From NCBI GenBank assembly GCA_964016885.1, contig OZ024745.1, forward strand, positions 107,694,001-107,758,000: a stretch of DNA of 64,000 nucleotides. The letters run 5' to 3'. Source of the stretch: Eledone cirrhosa (lineage: Eukaryota). A program made the position numbers and the translations under genes. Of this stretch, positions 1-11,279 are shown one piece after another (within the stretch, counting starts at the first letter, position 1; each line of letters opens with the position of its first letter). The notes under the pieces are model-generated. The model had not been told where the DNA came from. It did not search any database and worked only from the letters and a program-made list of their open reading frames with translations.

Positions 1-111
1 TTTAAAACTAATGAAAAGTATTGTATTAGTTATTGTTGTCTTATAATAGTTGTAATAGTTGACGACAATAATTTCTAATATGTTGTAATAATTATCCCCA
101 CCATAATAGTA

Positions 112-293
112 ATACTTTCTACTTTAGGCACAAGGCCAGAAATTATCCCAGTGCATTACAGGTACTTTATGTTATCGTCTCCGTAAGGATGAAAGGTAAA
201 ATTAACCTCGGCGGGGTTTAAACTCAGACCGCAAAGGTCCGTAACACTATGCTGCAAACATGGCGTCCGACCTTCTACCGATACTGCCAATCT
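112..293 (-). mobile_element. tRNA-derived SINE (dominant family), short-tail form
   Basis: Reverse complement shows A-box TGGCAGTATCGG, a B-box-like GAGTTTAAACC, the central ...CTTTCATCCTTACGG... domain and the GGCCTTGTGCCTAAAGTAGAAA end. Confidence 0.85.
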
Positions 294-301
294 ACAATAA
301 T

Positions 302-672
302 AATCTTTTCTACTTTAGGCACAAGGCCAACAATTAAAAAGGAAGGGGAAAATCGATTAAATTGACCCCAGTGCTTACTGGTACTTTATTTTATCGACCC
401 CGGGGCGATAGCGTCTCTTCTGATTTCTTAGTCTTTTAGATATCTCTTCTAAAGTCATAATGATTTCTACTATAGGCACAAGGCAAGCAATTTTAGGGCA
501 AGGGGAGAGACGATTAAATCAACCCCAGTGCATTACTGGTACTTTATTTTATTGACCCAGTAAGGATGAAAGGCAAAGCTAACCTCGGCGGGATTTGAAC
601 GCATAATGTAAAGGGCCATAACTCTATGCTTCAAAGCATGGTGCCTGACGCTCTACCAATACTACCAATCCA
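302..672 (-). mobile_element. Two SINE copies, long-tail form (partial ~302-405; near-full ~458-672)
   Basis: Same family motifs, plus the extra GTCGATTTAATCGA/CCCC segment of the long form. Confidence 0.8.
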
Positions 673-724
673 TCAACAACACCACCTACATAATTGTAGT
701 AATGATTATGAAAAATTAAAAAAA

Positions 725-965
725 CATGCTACTAAAATTTCGTCTTCTTTTTCGGACTAAGAATAAAAAATGTCTTAAAAAGAATTACTTTTCGACTGTC
801 ATAGCTGTCAAAGCAATGATTTGAAGTGTCCAATCGGAGAAATTTGCCTAAAAGTGATTGCAACTTTGAAATGTAAATATGCATTAAATATATAAAATAA
901 ATCAAAATATTTAAGGAATTATTATTACCCAACTTAAATGTTTCTTCCATTAGATTTTACTTTAA
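725..965. repeat. Dispersed ~240-bp repeat; inverted diverged copy at ~4940-5180
   Basis: Shared blocks ATGCTACTAAAA, CTGTCATAGCTGTCAAA, GCCTAAAAGTGATTG, AATATTTAAGGAATTATTA and CCAACTTAAATGTT in opposite orientation. Confidence 0.7.
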
Positions 966-2007
966 AAGGATATATTTGAAAATAAAACAATCAGATAAGA
1001 GGGTGACTTCTTTATGAGAGAAAAATAAGCTACTAACTCCTAAGGCCGTCACTCGCAACTGACGATCACTTGATGGTTTTCTTAAGAGCTTTAGGTACCC
1101 ATGAAATCGCGAGCATACCCTCTCGACCCTACCCTCAACCACCTTGATCCAATGGAACATCGAGGATGTGGAAGCTAGAGAGAGAGAGAGAGAGAGAGAG
1201 AGATTGGCATATCGAAATAAAAATGTTGAGAAACAAGTGAATAACGGCAAGAATTGAACTCAGAGCGAAGAGATCCCGAATAATTATCCAATGCACTAAA
1301 AAAGTAATACAAAAAGTAATACAAAATGCTGTTTCATTAGATTTCATGTTATTCCAATGGTGACCATTGATTTTTTTTCTTAAGCATAGTATATACTATT
1401 GAGTACTACGTTAACTAATGTGTTAGTCCATTTTTATGACAAAATAATGACACATTCGCCTATGCAATAACTCATTCGTTGACATTCGCATGTCGTTGTT
1501 GTTGCTGTTCTGTGTGTGTCTGTCTGTGTATGTGTGTCTGTCTATGTATGTGTGTGTCTGTCTGTTTGTGTGTGTATGGAGCACTCTCATTAAAAGGTGC
1601 TTCATTCAGATGGGTATCAAATAAACTGGACCAATTCTAAGTTAAGAGTGTGGAGTGACTACCAGTTATGAGTGATGTGTTGTCCTGTAATTTTCTTTAA
1701 TATTTCAGTAATTAAAGATATTACAACTTGCATTTTACATCATATCTACATCCAATGATGTAGACCAGTTTTTCTTTGGGGGCAAATGCATTCGATGTTC
1801 AGCGAGTGAAATTGGTCACGTACAAAGCCTTTCTTCACTTGAAAAGGCTTCAAGCACAGGCATAGTTTGATATGTGACATTTTCTTCGGTGCATGGTATT
1901 GCTGGCCATAGGCAAGTCCCTAGCAGAACTAAAAAGTCACGTCGGTGATGCTCATGGTTAAGTATCAAGCAATGGCATTACTCGAAATCGAATTGCAGCC
2001 ATCATCG

Positions 2008-2089
2008 TGTATGTATGTATGTATGTATGTATGTATGTATGTATGTATGTATGTATGTATGTATGTATGTATGTATGTATCTATGTATG
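2008..2089. repeat. (TGTA)n microsatellite
   Basis: Direct reading. Confidence 0.98.
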
Positions 2090-3268
2090 TTTATCTCTTT
2101 CTCTTAATTTCGAGTATATTTTTGACCGGCCACCTTCCTGGTGGCAAGGTTGTAAAAGAAAAGAAATTGTCATCCCTTTAATCGCAAGAATGTTTTGCAA
2201 ATTTTGAAGGTGCCAGCTATCGCAGCCATTTGTAGACTATGAATTAGGGAGCTGCGCTCTTTGTCCGCAAATCCAAGTTCAGTTATACATTGGTCCAAGC
2301 GGGTTGGTATATAACCCGTAGCTCCAATAATGATGGGTATGAAGCTAAAGGTGTATCTTGGATACTGGATTTGTAAACTCCTCATCAATGGTCCGTTGAT
2401 GTCCTCCTTCTTCTGTAGTTTTCTGACAACATTTACATCAAGTGGGCAGCTGATCTCCACAACAGAACACGTTTTCAGTGTGTGGTCCCAAACAACAATA
2501 TCAAGCCGGTTGTGCTTTAATTTGGTGTCAGTTTTTATATTCAGGTTCCACCAGTATTCCTTACTGCCATCTGTCTCAATATATTCTTCCTCGTTTGTTT
2601 TTAATTTTGTTTTCCGAAGTGCGTTCCAGATGGTTCTAGCTATCCCATCGTGTCTCATGGGGAGGTAGTAGCGAGATGACATTCTTTCGCAGCTGGCAAC
2701 AATGTGTCTTACATATTCGATCTTTGTTTTACATAGCCTACATTTATTGTCAGCTGATGGCCCTCCTCTTTTGTGCAGCAGATATTTGGTAGGGAGTTCT
2801 TGTTCTTGTATTGCATAGAGATATCCCTCAAGGTGTGATGTCATAAACTTGTCGGAACTCCATGCCAGGCTTTTTGAGTGGTTTATCTCCTCTATGGTCT
2901 GTGTTTTACGTCTCAAGTTTTGCACCACTTTTTCTGTAAATTGGTCAATTTTTTCATCTTGTTTGAACATTGAATAGGATCTGCCGATTTCTCTGGGTAT
3001 GAGATTTATATCAGGCTTTATTCCATATCTCTCCTCCAGATCAGTGACTATACTAATGATATTTTTTTTTTCATGCTCATAAACCTGGGCAAGATGGTAG
3101 CCAACCTTTTTCCTCTGTTGAAGATGTTGCTTCAGTGTTACTATCCGGGTCTCTTCAGTGTTACTATCTGATGTTAATATAGATTTTAGACCCCGGCCAC
3201 CTTCCTTGCGTGAGAAGTATCGCCTATACACATCACCATTGATGTTAAAGTTCCCAGTAACACTGAGA
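2090..3268 (-). mobile_element. 5'-truncated R4/Dong-clade RLE non-LTR retrotransposon (post-RT region, CCHC knuckle, restriction-like endonuclease)
   Basis: ORF 2170-3231(-) contains RKEGGRGL, CRLC-x8-H-x4-C, RHD, LDIV..VVEISCP..KK and FIPIIIGATG, typical of R4-clade C-termini; flanked on both sides by (TGTA)n. Confidence 0.85.
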
Positions 3269-3322
3269 ATGTATGTATGTATGTATGTATGTATGTATGT
3301 ATGTATGTATGTATGTATGTAT
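3269..3322. repeat. (TGTA)n microsatellite
   Basis: Direct reading. Confidence 0.98.
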
Positions 3323-3840
3323 AAAGAGGTATAAGGATTCCTTGAAAGCCTCTTTGAAAGACGCTAACATCTCTGCTGATACATGGGAAAATGTTGCTGC
3401 TGATCGTAATAAATGGAGAAAGACTGTATATGAGGGAAAAGTTGCCTCGAATCGCATACGAGAAAGTAAAGCGGGATGTGAGCACCGGCATTGTTGTTGC
3501 ACTTCCAGACGGCGATGGTCCTCCTATGGTGCTGACATGCAGCGTCTGTGCGAGACTCTGCCTAAGCAAAGCTGGACTTGAAAGTCATCTTCGCAGTCAT
3601 AAAGTAAGACCAGTGGTTGACTACCAGGCTGCTGTTGGAGATGTTACTCATCATAATTACCAAACATGTGGTAGAGAATGTAAATCAGCAGGAGGACTCA
3701 AGCGACATGCAAGAGTACACGAACTCCAACCACAGCCGGCTATTCCCAGTGAATGTTTTGGTTGCCGACTCTGTGCAAGACATTTTAGATCATTGGCTGG
3801 GCTAAAAAGCCACATTCGATCGCAGTGCTGTTAATTGCTA
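3323..3840 (+). mobile_element. 3' end of an RTE-clade LINE with three C2H2-type zinc fingers (frameshifted)
   Basis: KRYKDSLKASLK..W..AADR.KWR is the RTE C-terminal motif; the next frame has CSVCARLCLSKAGLESHLRSH, CGRECKSAGGLKRHARVH and CRLCARHFRSLAGLKSHIRS. Confidence 0.75.
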
Positions 3841-5372
3841 TCGTGTGTGTGTATAGATATGTTTGTGTGTGTGCGTGTGTGTATGTATATATATATATAT
3901 ATGTATATTATTATTGTTGTCGTTATTATTATTATTGTTGTTATTATTATTAGTATTGTGTTTTTTTATGTTTTTTTTTTGTTTTTTTTTCTCGTGCAAT
4001 GGCCATACTCGATAACGAGGGGGCAGCCATCATGTATGTATGTGTGCGTCCATTAGTAATTTTATCATCGTGTACCATATTCAATATACAGTGAACGTAT
4101 AGTATTTCCAATATGGTTACTATATGCTATATTAACTCCTACTATCGGTTAACAGAGACCATCGAATAAGATGGACGCTCTTCCCACTATTAGTACGTTC
4201 TAACAAGGCATTACTGTACTTCTATATGGTTAACATTTCTTAATTAAATAAAAGTCGGTTTGCATGGTTAGAATGAGTTTATGGTAGTCCCTCTCAATCA
4301 AAGCTGAACTTAAGCTAAATAACAAGGTCATCATCATCATCATCATCATACCAATACCACCACCAACATCCACCCGAACAGTAGCAATGAAGACGTTTGA
4401 TCCTCTAGAATTATCAACCATTTCCCCATCAAATTGTATAATAAAAATTTGAAAAACGGACGGAGAAATGTGGTAAAATAGGAAGCAGCGAATTGGCAGA
4501 ACCGTTACACCATCGGATTGGAAGATTCGCGGTATACATTCCCATTGAGGTCAGCATTAACTGTCATTACTTCGAGGTCGATGAATGAAATACACATCCA
4601 GTACTGGGGTCGATACTTCTTCTATATCTGGTTTTCATTTTTTCTCCTCTTTATATTATAGAAATCAGCTTCGTCCAAAGCCAGAGGGGGATGTGCTCTG
4701 ACAGGTTTAAATACTCAAAATATACGGTACTTCTACGATTTAGTTAGGAATTAATGGCCCATAGCAGTGTCTGAGAATAAAAAGTAGCCGGTCAGCACTG
4801 AAACGTCTCAGAAAAAAACAAACACAACTTTTTGTACTTTTTCTTTATTGAAAATGTATGCATTTTTCTTTCATAAAGATTTTCTACTTTTACTTTTAAT
4901 GTAACCCTTTTTTTTTTTCAATATTTAAATATGTTGATTTTTTTTAGCTTCAGAATGGAGGGAACATTTAAGTTGGCTAATAATTCCTTAAATATTTTGA
5001 CTTTATTTTATGTATTTATTACATATTTACTCTCGAATGCTTCAATCACTTTTAGGCAAATCTTAATTTTCCAGACTGGTCTCTTTGAAATATTCTTTTG
5101 ACAGCTATGACAGACGTAGAGTAGTTCTTTCTAAGGCCTTTTTTATAGTTCGAGAAAGAGCACATTTTAGTAGCATTTCTGTCAAAATTTTCCCGTTGTT
5201 ATTCCAGTTATTGTTGTTGTTGTTTTCCTCCTCCTCCTCCTCCTCCTCCTCCTCCTCCTCCTCCCTCTTCTTCTTCTTCTTCTTCTTCTTCTTTTTTCCT
5301 TCGGTTTCTTATTTGTTCTTGGTTTTCTTTTTTTTCTTTCTTTTTTTTCTCTTCTTCTTATTCTTATTCTTC

Positions 5373-5403
<31 letters not shown>

Positions 5404-5408
<5 letters not shown>

Positions 5409-5759
5409 TTGCCTTTCATCCTTACGGGGTCGATAAAATAAAGTACCAGTAATACACTGAGTAATTTCTGGCCTTGTGCCTAACGTAGAAACAATTATTA
5501 TTATTATTAGTAGTAGTAGTATTAGTATTATTATTATTAGGCGGTGGTTTGGCGGTATCGGTCGAGCGTCAGATACCATGCTTTGCTGCATAGAGTTACG
5601 GCCCTTTACATTCTGAGTTCAAATCCCGCCGAGAATAAATTTGCCTTTCATCCTTTCGGGATCGATAAAATAAAGTACCAGTAATGCAGTGGGGTCGATT
5701 TAATTGACTTTCCCTTTCCCAAAAAATTGTTGGCCTTGTGCCCATAGTAAAAATCATTA

Positions 5760-5760
<1 letters not shown>
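5404..5760 (+). mobile_element. Tandem SINE copies (5'-truncated ~5404-5493; full long form ~5540-5755) within (TTA)n
   Basis: Family motifs; (TTA)n on both sides. Confidence 0.85.
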
Positions 5761-5790
<30 letters not shown>

Positions 5791-5807
5791 GGTGGTGGTT
5801 CAGCAGT

Positions 5808-6020
5808 GGAGGCACGTAGCCTAGTGGTAAAAACACTTCATTTCATGTTGCTCCAGTATATTCAGCTGAAAATGAGTACCAGCAATAGCTGGAGGTTTAG
5901 CCATGCGATGGACTGGCGTCCTGTCCAGGGGGGAGTCGTGTACTCTCAGTCGCTTCACGCCATGAAACCGGGATAAGCACCGGCCAAATGAGCTTTATGG
6001 CTTAAAACAGACTTTAAACT
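5808..6020 (+). mobile_element. Second SINE family with a CORE/V-domain-like body
   Basis: A-box-like head GGAGGCACGTAGCCTAGTGGT, then ...CAGCTGAAAATGAGTACC...GCGATGGACTGGCGTCCTGTCCAGGGG...GAAACCGGGATAAGC, resembling conserved metazoan SINE central domains. Exact superfamily not resolvable by eye. Confidence 0.65.
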
Positions 6021-6029
6021 TTTTTTTTA

Positions 6030-6442
6030 GGTGGTTTAGCCGTATCAGTAGAGAATAGGACAACCTTTGTGGCATATATTTGCGGCCCTTTGTGTTCTGA
6101 ATTCAAATCCCGTCGAGGTTTGCTTTGCTTTGCTTTTCATCTTTACAGGATCAATGTAATAAAGCACCTGTAAGGTACTAGGTCGATTTAAGCAGCTTTT
6201 ATTGTTCCTAAATCTGAAACCATTGTTAAGGCAGAGGTTTAGCTGTATTGGTAGAGCGTCAAACAACATTCTTTGTGACATAGAATTATCACCTTTTGCA
6301 TTTTGAGTTCAAATCCCACCGAGATTATCTTTACCTTTCATCCTTAGGGGTCGATAAAATAAAGAACTAGTAATGCACTGGGATCGATTTAATTGACTTT
6401 CCTCAGCCCAAAATTGTTGGCCTTGTGCCTAAATTAAAAACC

Positions 6443-6443
<1 letters not shown>
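6030..6443 (+). mobile_element. Two diverged tandem SINE copies
   Basis: B-boxes GAATTCAAATCC and GAGTTCAAATCC; 3' GGCCTTGTGCCTAAA. Confidence 0.75.
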
Positions 6444-6473
<30 letters not shown>

Positions 6474-6550
6474 CTTCTTTTTCTTTTTCTTCTTCTTCTT
6501 CTTCTTCTTCTTCTTCTTCTTCTTCTTCTTCTTCTTCTTCTTCTTCTTCT
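6444..6550. repeat. (TTC)n microsatellite
   Basis: Direct reading. Confidence 0.98.
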
Positions 6551-6974
6551 ATAGTTTTCATTGTTACTATTCTTATTGTTATTTATGGTAGAAATCATTA
6601 AAAAATATATTAAGAAGTTTTATTACTAATAACAAAAAGATAATCGATAATATATGCATCATTTATTTTTAAATTTTCTAGTTGGGCAAATAAACAACGG
6701 GGAATGTATGTATATAATCTTACCCTCACGTTCTCTCCCCCTCTCTCTTGCTCTCTCTCTCTCACTCTCTCTCTCTCACTCCCCTTTTTACTCGATATAT
6801 CTACCTTTGATATCACTCATATACTCACATTTTCCTTCATACACAGACACATGACACAGGCATACATGCATTCATATATATGCATATATATATGTGTGTG
6901 CGTGTGTGTATGTGTGTGTGTATGTGTGTATGGGTGTGTGTGTATATATTCATATGTATATATATATATATATA

Positions 6975-7080
6975 TTTATTAAAATAACAGATATTTTAAT
7001 AAATATTTGCTCTACGGTTCTTATATATTTGATATATATTTTCCTTATCGAGCCCTCTTTGGATTTTAGTCTTCAATTTT
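6975..7080. repeat. Short repeat bounded by (TA)n and (TTA)n; inverted copy at ~10780-10895 (probable PLE end)
   Basis: TTATCGAGCCCTCTTTGGATTTTAGTCTTCA vs TGAAGACTAAAATCCGAAGAGGGCTCGATAA. Confidence 0.65.
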
Positions 7081-7088
7081 ATTATTAT

Positions 7089-7124
<36 letters not shown>

Positions 7125-7622
7125 ATGTGTGTGTGTATGTGTGTGTCTGTGTGTGTCTGTGTATTCATATGTGTATATATATATACACGAGGGAAAGTCA
7201 AAATTTATCCGCACTTTTGCCATAATATATCTTTAGGTTTGTCACACTGCCTTTTGCTCATGCATGGCTTATAGTTGATAATCTTAGTACCGTGATCGAA
7301 ATTTGTGTTTGATCTCGCCAGTTTTATTATTGCACGGGACAAAACCGGTCATTTCCATATAGTTAACCCTGATATATTAGGAGGAAAAGCACTCAACGTT
7401 ACTTAACTCATCCATCGTTGATGTTGAATCCTGTTGGTGGTGCGGGAAAGGAGTTAAATAAGAAGATGGGTTGGATACGTAAGATTCTGGCGACATTATC
7501 AATTCTGTATTGTATAATTAGTTAATCAATAAAGGAATTACGGGAAATACAAACACGGAAAATATAAAGAGAAAATATTTGATTCAGTTATTGCTGCTAC
7601 AGACCGAATATATATATATACA

Positions 7623-7692
<70 letters not shown>

Positions 7693-7734
7693 AGGACACC
7701 TCGGTTATTTTTCATTTTGTAAAAAAAACCTCAC

Positions 7735-7765
<31 letters not shown>

Positions 7766-7785
7766 AATAATAATAATAATAATAA

Positions 7786-7917
7786 TTGTTTCTACTTTTG
7801 GCACCAGGCCAGCAATTATCCCAGTGCATTACTGGTACTTTATTTTATCGAGCCCGTAAGGATGAAAGGCAAAGTTAACCTCAGCGGGATTTGAACTCAG
7901 ATCATAAATCATAAAGG
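7786..7917 (-). mobile_element. 5'-truncated SINE
   Basis: Family motifs from the B box to the 3' end. Confidence 0.85.
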
Positions 7918-7940
7918 GAGGTAATAATAATAATAATAAT

Positions 7941-10437
7941 GCTTTCTTTATTAACCACAAGGGTTTACACAAAGTAGACATTAAGGACAGTACAGGACAA
8001 TACAGGACGGTACAAATGGGCATTTCTGCGCGTAAAAAAAAACAAAAAAAACAGAGGATGTAACAAGAAAAAGAACAATGAAAAGTTCCCCAATAGAAGA
8101 GAGACTTCCGAGGGCCATCGTGGAGAAAGCCCATTAAAAAAGCCACGGTGACCCTGACCACTAGGGTAAGTGCCCTCTCCCTGTTCTACACCTTCAATTT
8201 ACAGGCATATACTCAGAGTAGGTGTATTCACTCGGGCCATACTTGCTTCTCTCACCCATCTTTCACCAAAAAGCTGGGAAGAGAGCACTTCCCTCTCTAC
8301 CCTGATTTTCCTTTTCAAATGAAATTTGAAAAAGTTAATCAGGGCATCACCGAAGAGGTAAGTGCTCGTCTTCAGCCCTTTCAGACACGTCCACCATACT
8401 ATCTCTTTCGCCATGGCCGCCAGACAGATTAAAAACTGCCTGCCCTTCCCGGCTAAAGGAAGAGGGCGGGACAATCCTCACGATGGACTCAGCTGATAGC
8501 CGGATCCGTTCTACACGCGACAGCAGGTGTTCGACATAAACCCACAAGACAGCAATACGCGGACACTGGACGAGTGCATGCAGGACGGTTTCGTCGCCCT
8601 GCGCGCATCTCGGACATGCCCGGCTGACGGTACTTCCGTACCTGTAGAGTTTATCCCGATCTGGCAAAGCTCCTCGGTAGCACTGCCAGGCCAGGGATTT
8701 CTGAAAATTGTCCATAGGCCCCAGCCCGAAAGTTCTTCCGAAGAGATTGGCTAGTTGATTTTCGTCGACGCCTAGAGTTTCCCCAACTACGTCGTCGCTC
8801 TTCCCCTCCACTAATCCTCTATAGAACGCCAAGGTGGATGGTGTGGATGGTTGTGGGGGTGTGGTTGTTGATGATGGTGGAGGGGGTGGAGTAGTTTTCA
8901 TGTTCTTTCTTTTTTTTGGGGGGGGGGGTTCTTCCTCTTTTTTTGGGGGGGGGGGGGCGATGGGGGTAGGGAGTTCTTCCCTTTTTTTATTGGAATAGGA
9001 CTCCACTCTTCGACCTCATTGCACTCCTTGTTCGATTTAGCCATATCAGGAAGGGGCATGCTTTCCATTAGTTCTGTAGGTGGTGGAAGAGATGGTGTTT
9101 TTGTTGTTGGGGATGGTGATTTCTCTTCTGCCACTGTGTTCTTTGTTTTTTCTTCTGCTCCAGTTGCAGGGCACGGCATGCGGAGAAGGGGTGGGTGCGT
9201 GCCTGTTTTGGTAAGTTTGGGGAAGAATGCCTTGTCATCGCATCCATGACACCTTGGTCGCCTACCTTCGACAGTTACGGGAAGATGGCTGCCGTCGTCC
9301 AGGTCTATTACATCGGGGATGGCTTCAATGCTCTCATAGTTTGCTTGGATGATTAGCTCCATCCCCGACCTTGTCCAATTTTCCTGTCTTATTTGAATGA
9401 CCTTGAGTATGGTTGTTGAATCCTCGACGTCAGCGAGGACGGCTGCCGTCAACCACGCCATCTCCACTGAGGGCGGAACCTGGCCTACTCGAACCCTCAC
9501 GACTCTCTGGCTGCAGTATGTGGGCATCATTATGATTTCGTCACTACGGAGTGGGGCAATGGAGTGTGCTCTGGCTTCCTCTGGTGTAACAAAGAGCACA
9601 TCCACAGTGCCATATCTCGATCCCCGGGCTATATATGTTTTCTGTGCCCAGACGGTGCCAGTTCAACTCGCCGCGATTTTGATCCGATTGTGCGATAACT
9701 GACCGAACACAAAAGTTTGTTTCTTATTATCTCAGCTGGGTGGGTGAGACTTACCCTGTGTCCGGTCTTTTTAACCAAGACCTTTGCTTGTTTTATCTCT
9801 TCGTTTGTGATGTGTATTTGTTCAAAATTGTTTGTTGCTTTAGCGAAAGACGTGTTTGTTTTGATTTGTGTTGACTCGTCACTAGTTTTGTCTTTGTTGC
9901 CGCCGTTGGTATTTTTGTTTGTTTCTTTTTCCTCTGTGTTGCTGCTGTTATAGTTGTTGTTCTTTTGGTTATTTATGGCTGTTGCTGTTGTTATTGTTGT
10001 TATTGGGGTATTCGTGTTTATGTTTGATTTTTGTAACGCAGGATAATTTTCGTTATAAATTCCACTACTGCTACTACAGTTCCATTGGCTGCTGCTGCTG
10101 CTGTCACTACTACTGTCGCTGCTGCTGCTGTTTCTCTTGTTGTTTACTTTGCCTTGTGATTGGGTGGAAATGGCTGTTCCACCCTCCGAACAACTCGCTG
10201 TTCCTCCCTGTGGACAATTTTCTTTGTCCGCCATGTTTTTTTTTAAACAGAATTTTGGGGTTATGATTGTAAATAAAAGCAAATTTAGCCCTCAAGGGCA
10301 CGAGATACAGTTAAAAATAACACCTCCTTTGAAAGAGGGGTTCCTTAACTACACACCGATGTAAAAAAATATTATTAGAACTTTCGATAACTCATAAAAA
10401 TTCAACCAACTTACTCCGCCGTAGTTACCGCCGTCAA
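7941..10437 (-). mobile_element. Tx1/L1-clade LINE with both ends present and an internal deletion (ORF1 plus ORF2 C-terminal zf-RVT; no APE or RT)
   Basis: ORF1-like region from ATG 10234 with ..LPVTVEGRRPRCHGC; ORF2 C-terminus WQCYRGALPDRDKL..CPRC..ETVLHALVQCP..LW; 3' AATAAA; 20-bp TSD GTAATAATAATAATAATAAT (7921-7940) / GTAATAATAACAAAAATAAT (10438-10457). Confidence 0.8.
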
Positions 10438-10467
10438 GTAATAATAACAAAAAATAATAATAATAAT

Positions 10468-10757
10468 AATTGTTTCTACTTTTGGCACAAGGCCAGAAAT
10501 TATCCAGTGCATTACTGGTACTTTATTTTATCGACCCCGTAAGGATGAAAGGCAAAGTGAACCTCGGCAAGATTTGAACTCAGACCGTAGAGGGACGTAA
10601 CATGGCGTCCGACTCTCTACCGATACTGCCAATCCACCGCCCTTCCTAATAATAATAATAATTGTTTCTACTTTTGGCACAAGGCCAGCAATTTCCCAGT
10701 GTATTACTGGTACTTTATTTTATCGACCCCGTAAGGATGAAAAGCAAAGTTAACCTC
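10468..10757 (-). mobile_element. Tandem SINE copies (~10468-10643 and truncated ~10661-10757) in (TAA)n
   Basis: Family motifs. Confidence 0.85.
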
Positions 10758-10891
10758 ATAATAATAATAATAATAATAAACGTGAAGACTAAAATCCGAA
10801 GAGGGCTCGATAAAGATAATATATATATCAAATATATTAAAAAACCATAGCGCAGATATTTATTAAAATAACAGTTTAAAGTTTAATAAAA

Positions 10892-10942
<51 letters not shown>

Positions 10943-10945
<3 letters not shown>

Positions 10946-11186
10946 GTGGTTACACAACAGTTAGTTCACCATACCGAGAACAATTGTTTCACCTTAGCGG
11001 ATCCTCAGCTCGTAATGGATATGGTTTTATACGTATAACCATGTCCATTACGAGCTGAGGATCCGCTAAGGTGAAACAATTGTTCTCGGTATGGTGAACT
11101 AACTGTTGTGTAACCACTTCTACCTAACTCGTCCCATGGACTGAATGCTCTACCACTACGGATATTACCTTCCAGTGTTCTACCAC
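10943..11186. mobile_element. PLE-end mini-insertion in (TA)n: near-perfect ~85-bp inverted arms plus a 66-bp extension
   Basis: 10943-~11025 is the reverse complement of ~11036-11120; contains an HHR motif; (TA)n on both sides. Confidence 0.7.
11051..11088 (+). ncRNA. Minimal type-I hammerhead ribozyme motif (mirror copy 10975-11012 on the - strand)
   Basis: CGAG-CTGAGGA-TCCGCTAAGGT-GAAA-CAATTG-TT-CTCG: stem I CGAG/CTCG, palindromic stem III, GUU site; stem II is weak. Confidence 0.65.
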
Positions 11187-11279
11187 TATATATATATATA
11201 TATCTTCGATCTGTAGCAGCAATAAGTCGTACTTCGCAGGCCATCGCTGAATCAAATATGTTCTCCCTATATAGCTTCT

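Noticed and set aside
3391-3834. Host C2H2 zinc-finger gene
   Set aside because: No TGEKP linkers, directly continues an RTE C-terminus, frameshifted and microsatellite-flanked
4760-4812. Hammerhead-like CTGAGAA...GAAACGTC
   Set aside because: Core and stems I/II do not pair convincingly
9629-10282. Host Ser/Asn-rich protein gene
   Set aside because: Lies within the TSD-bounded Tx1-like element as the ORF1 N-terminus
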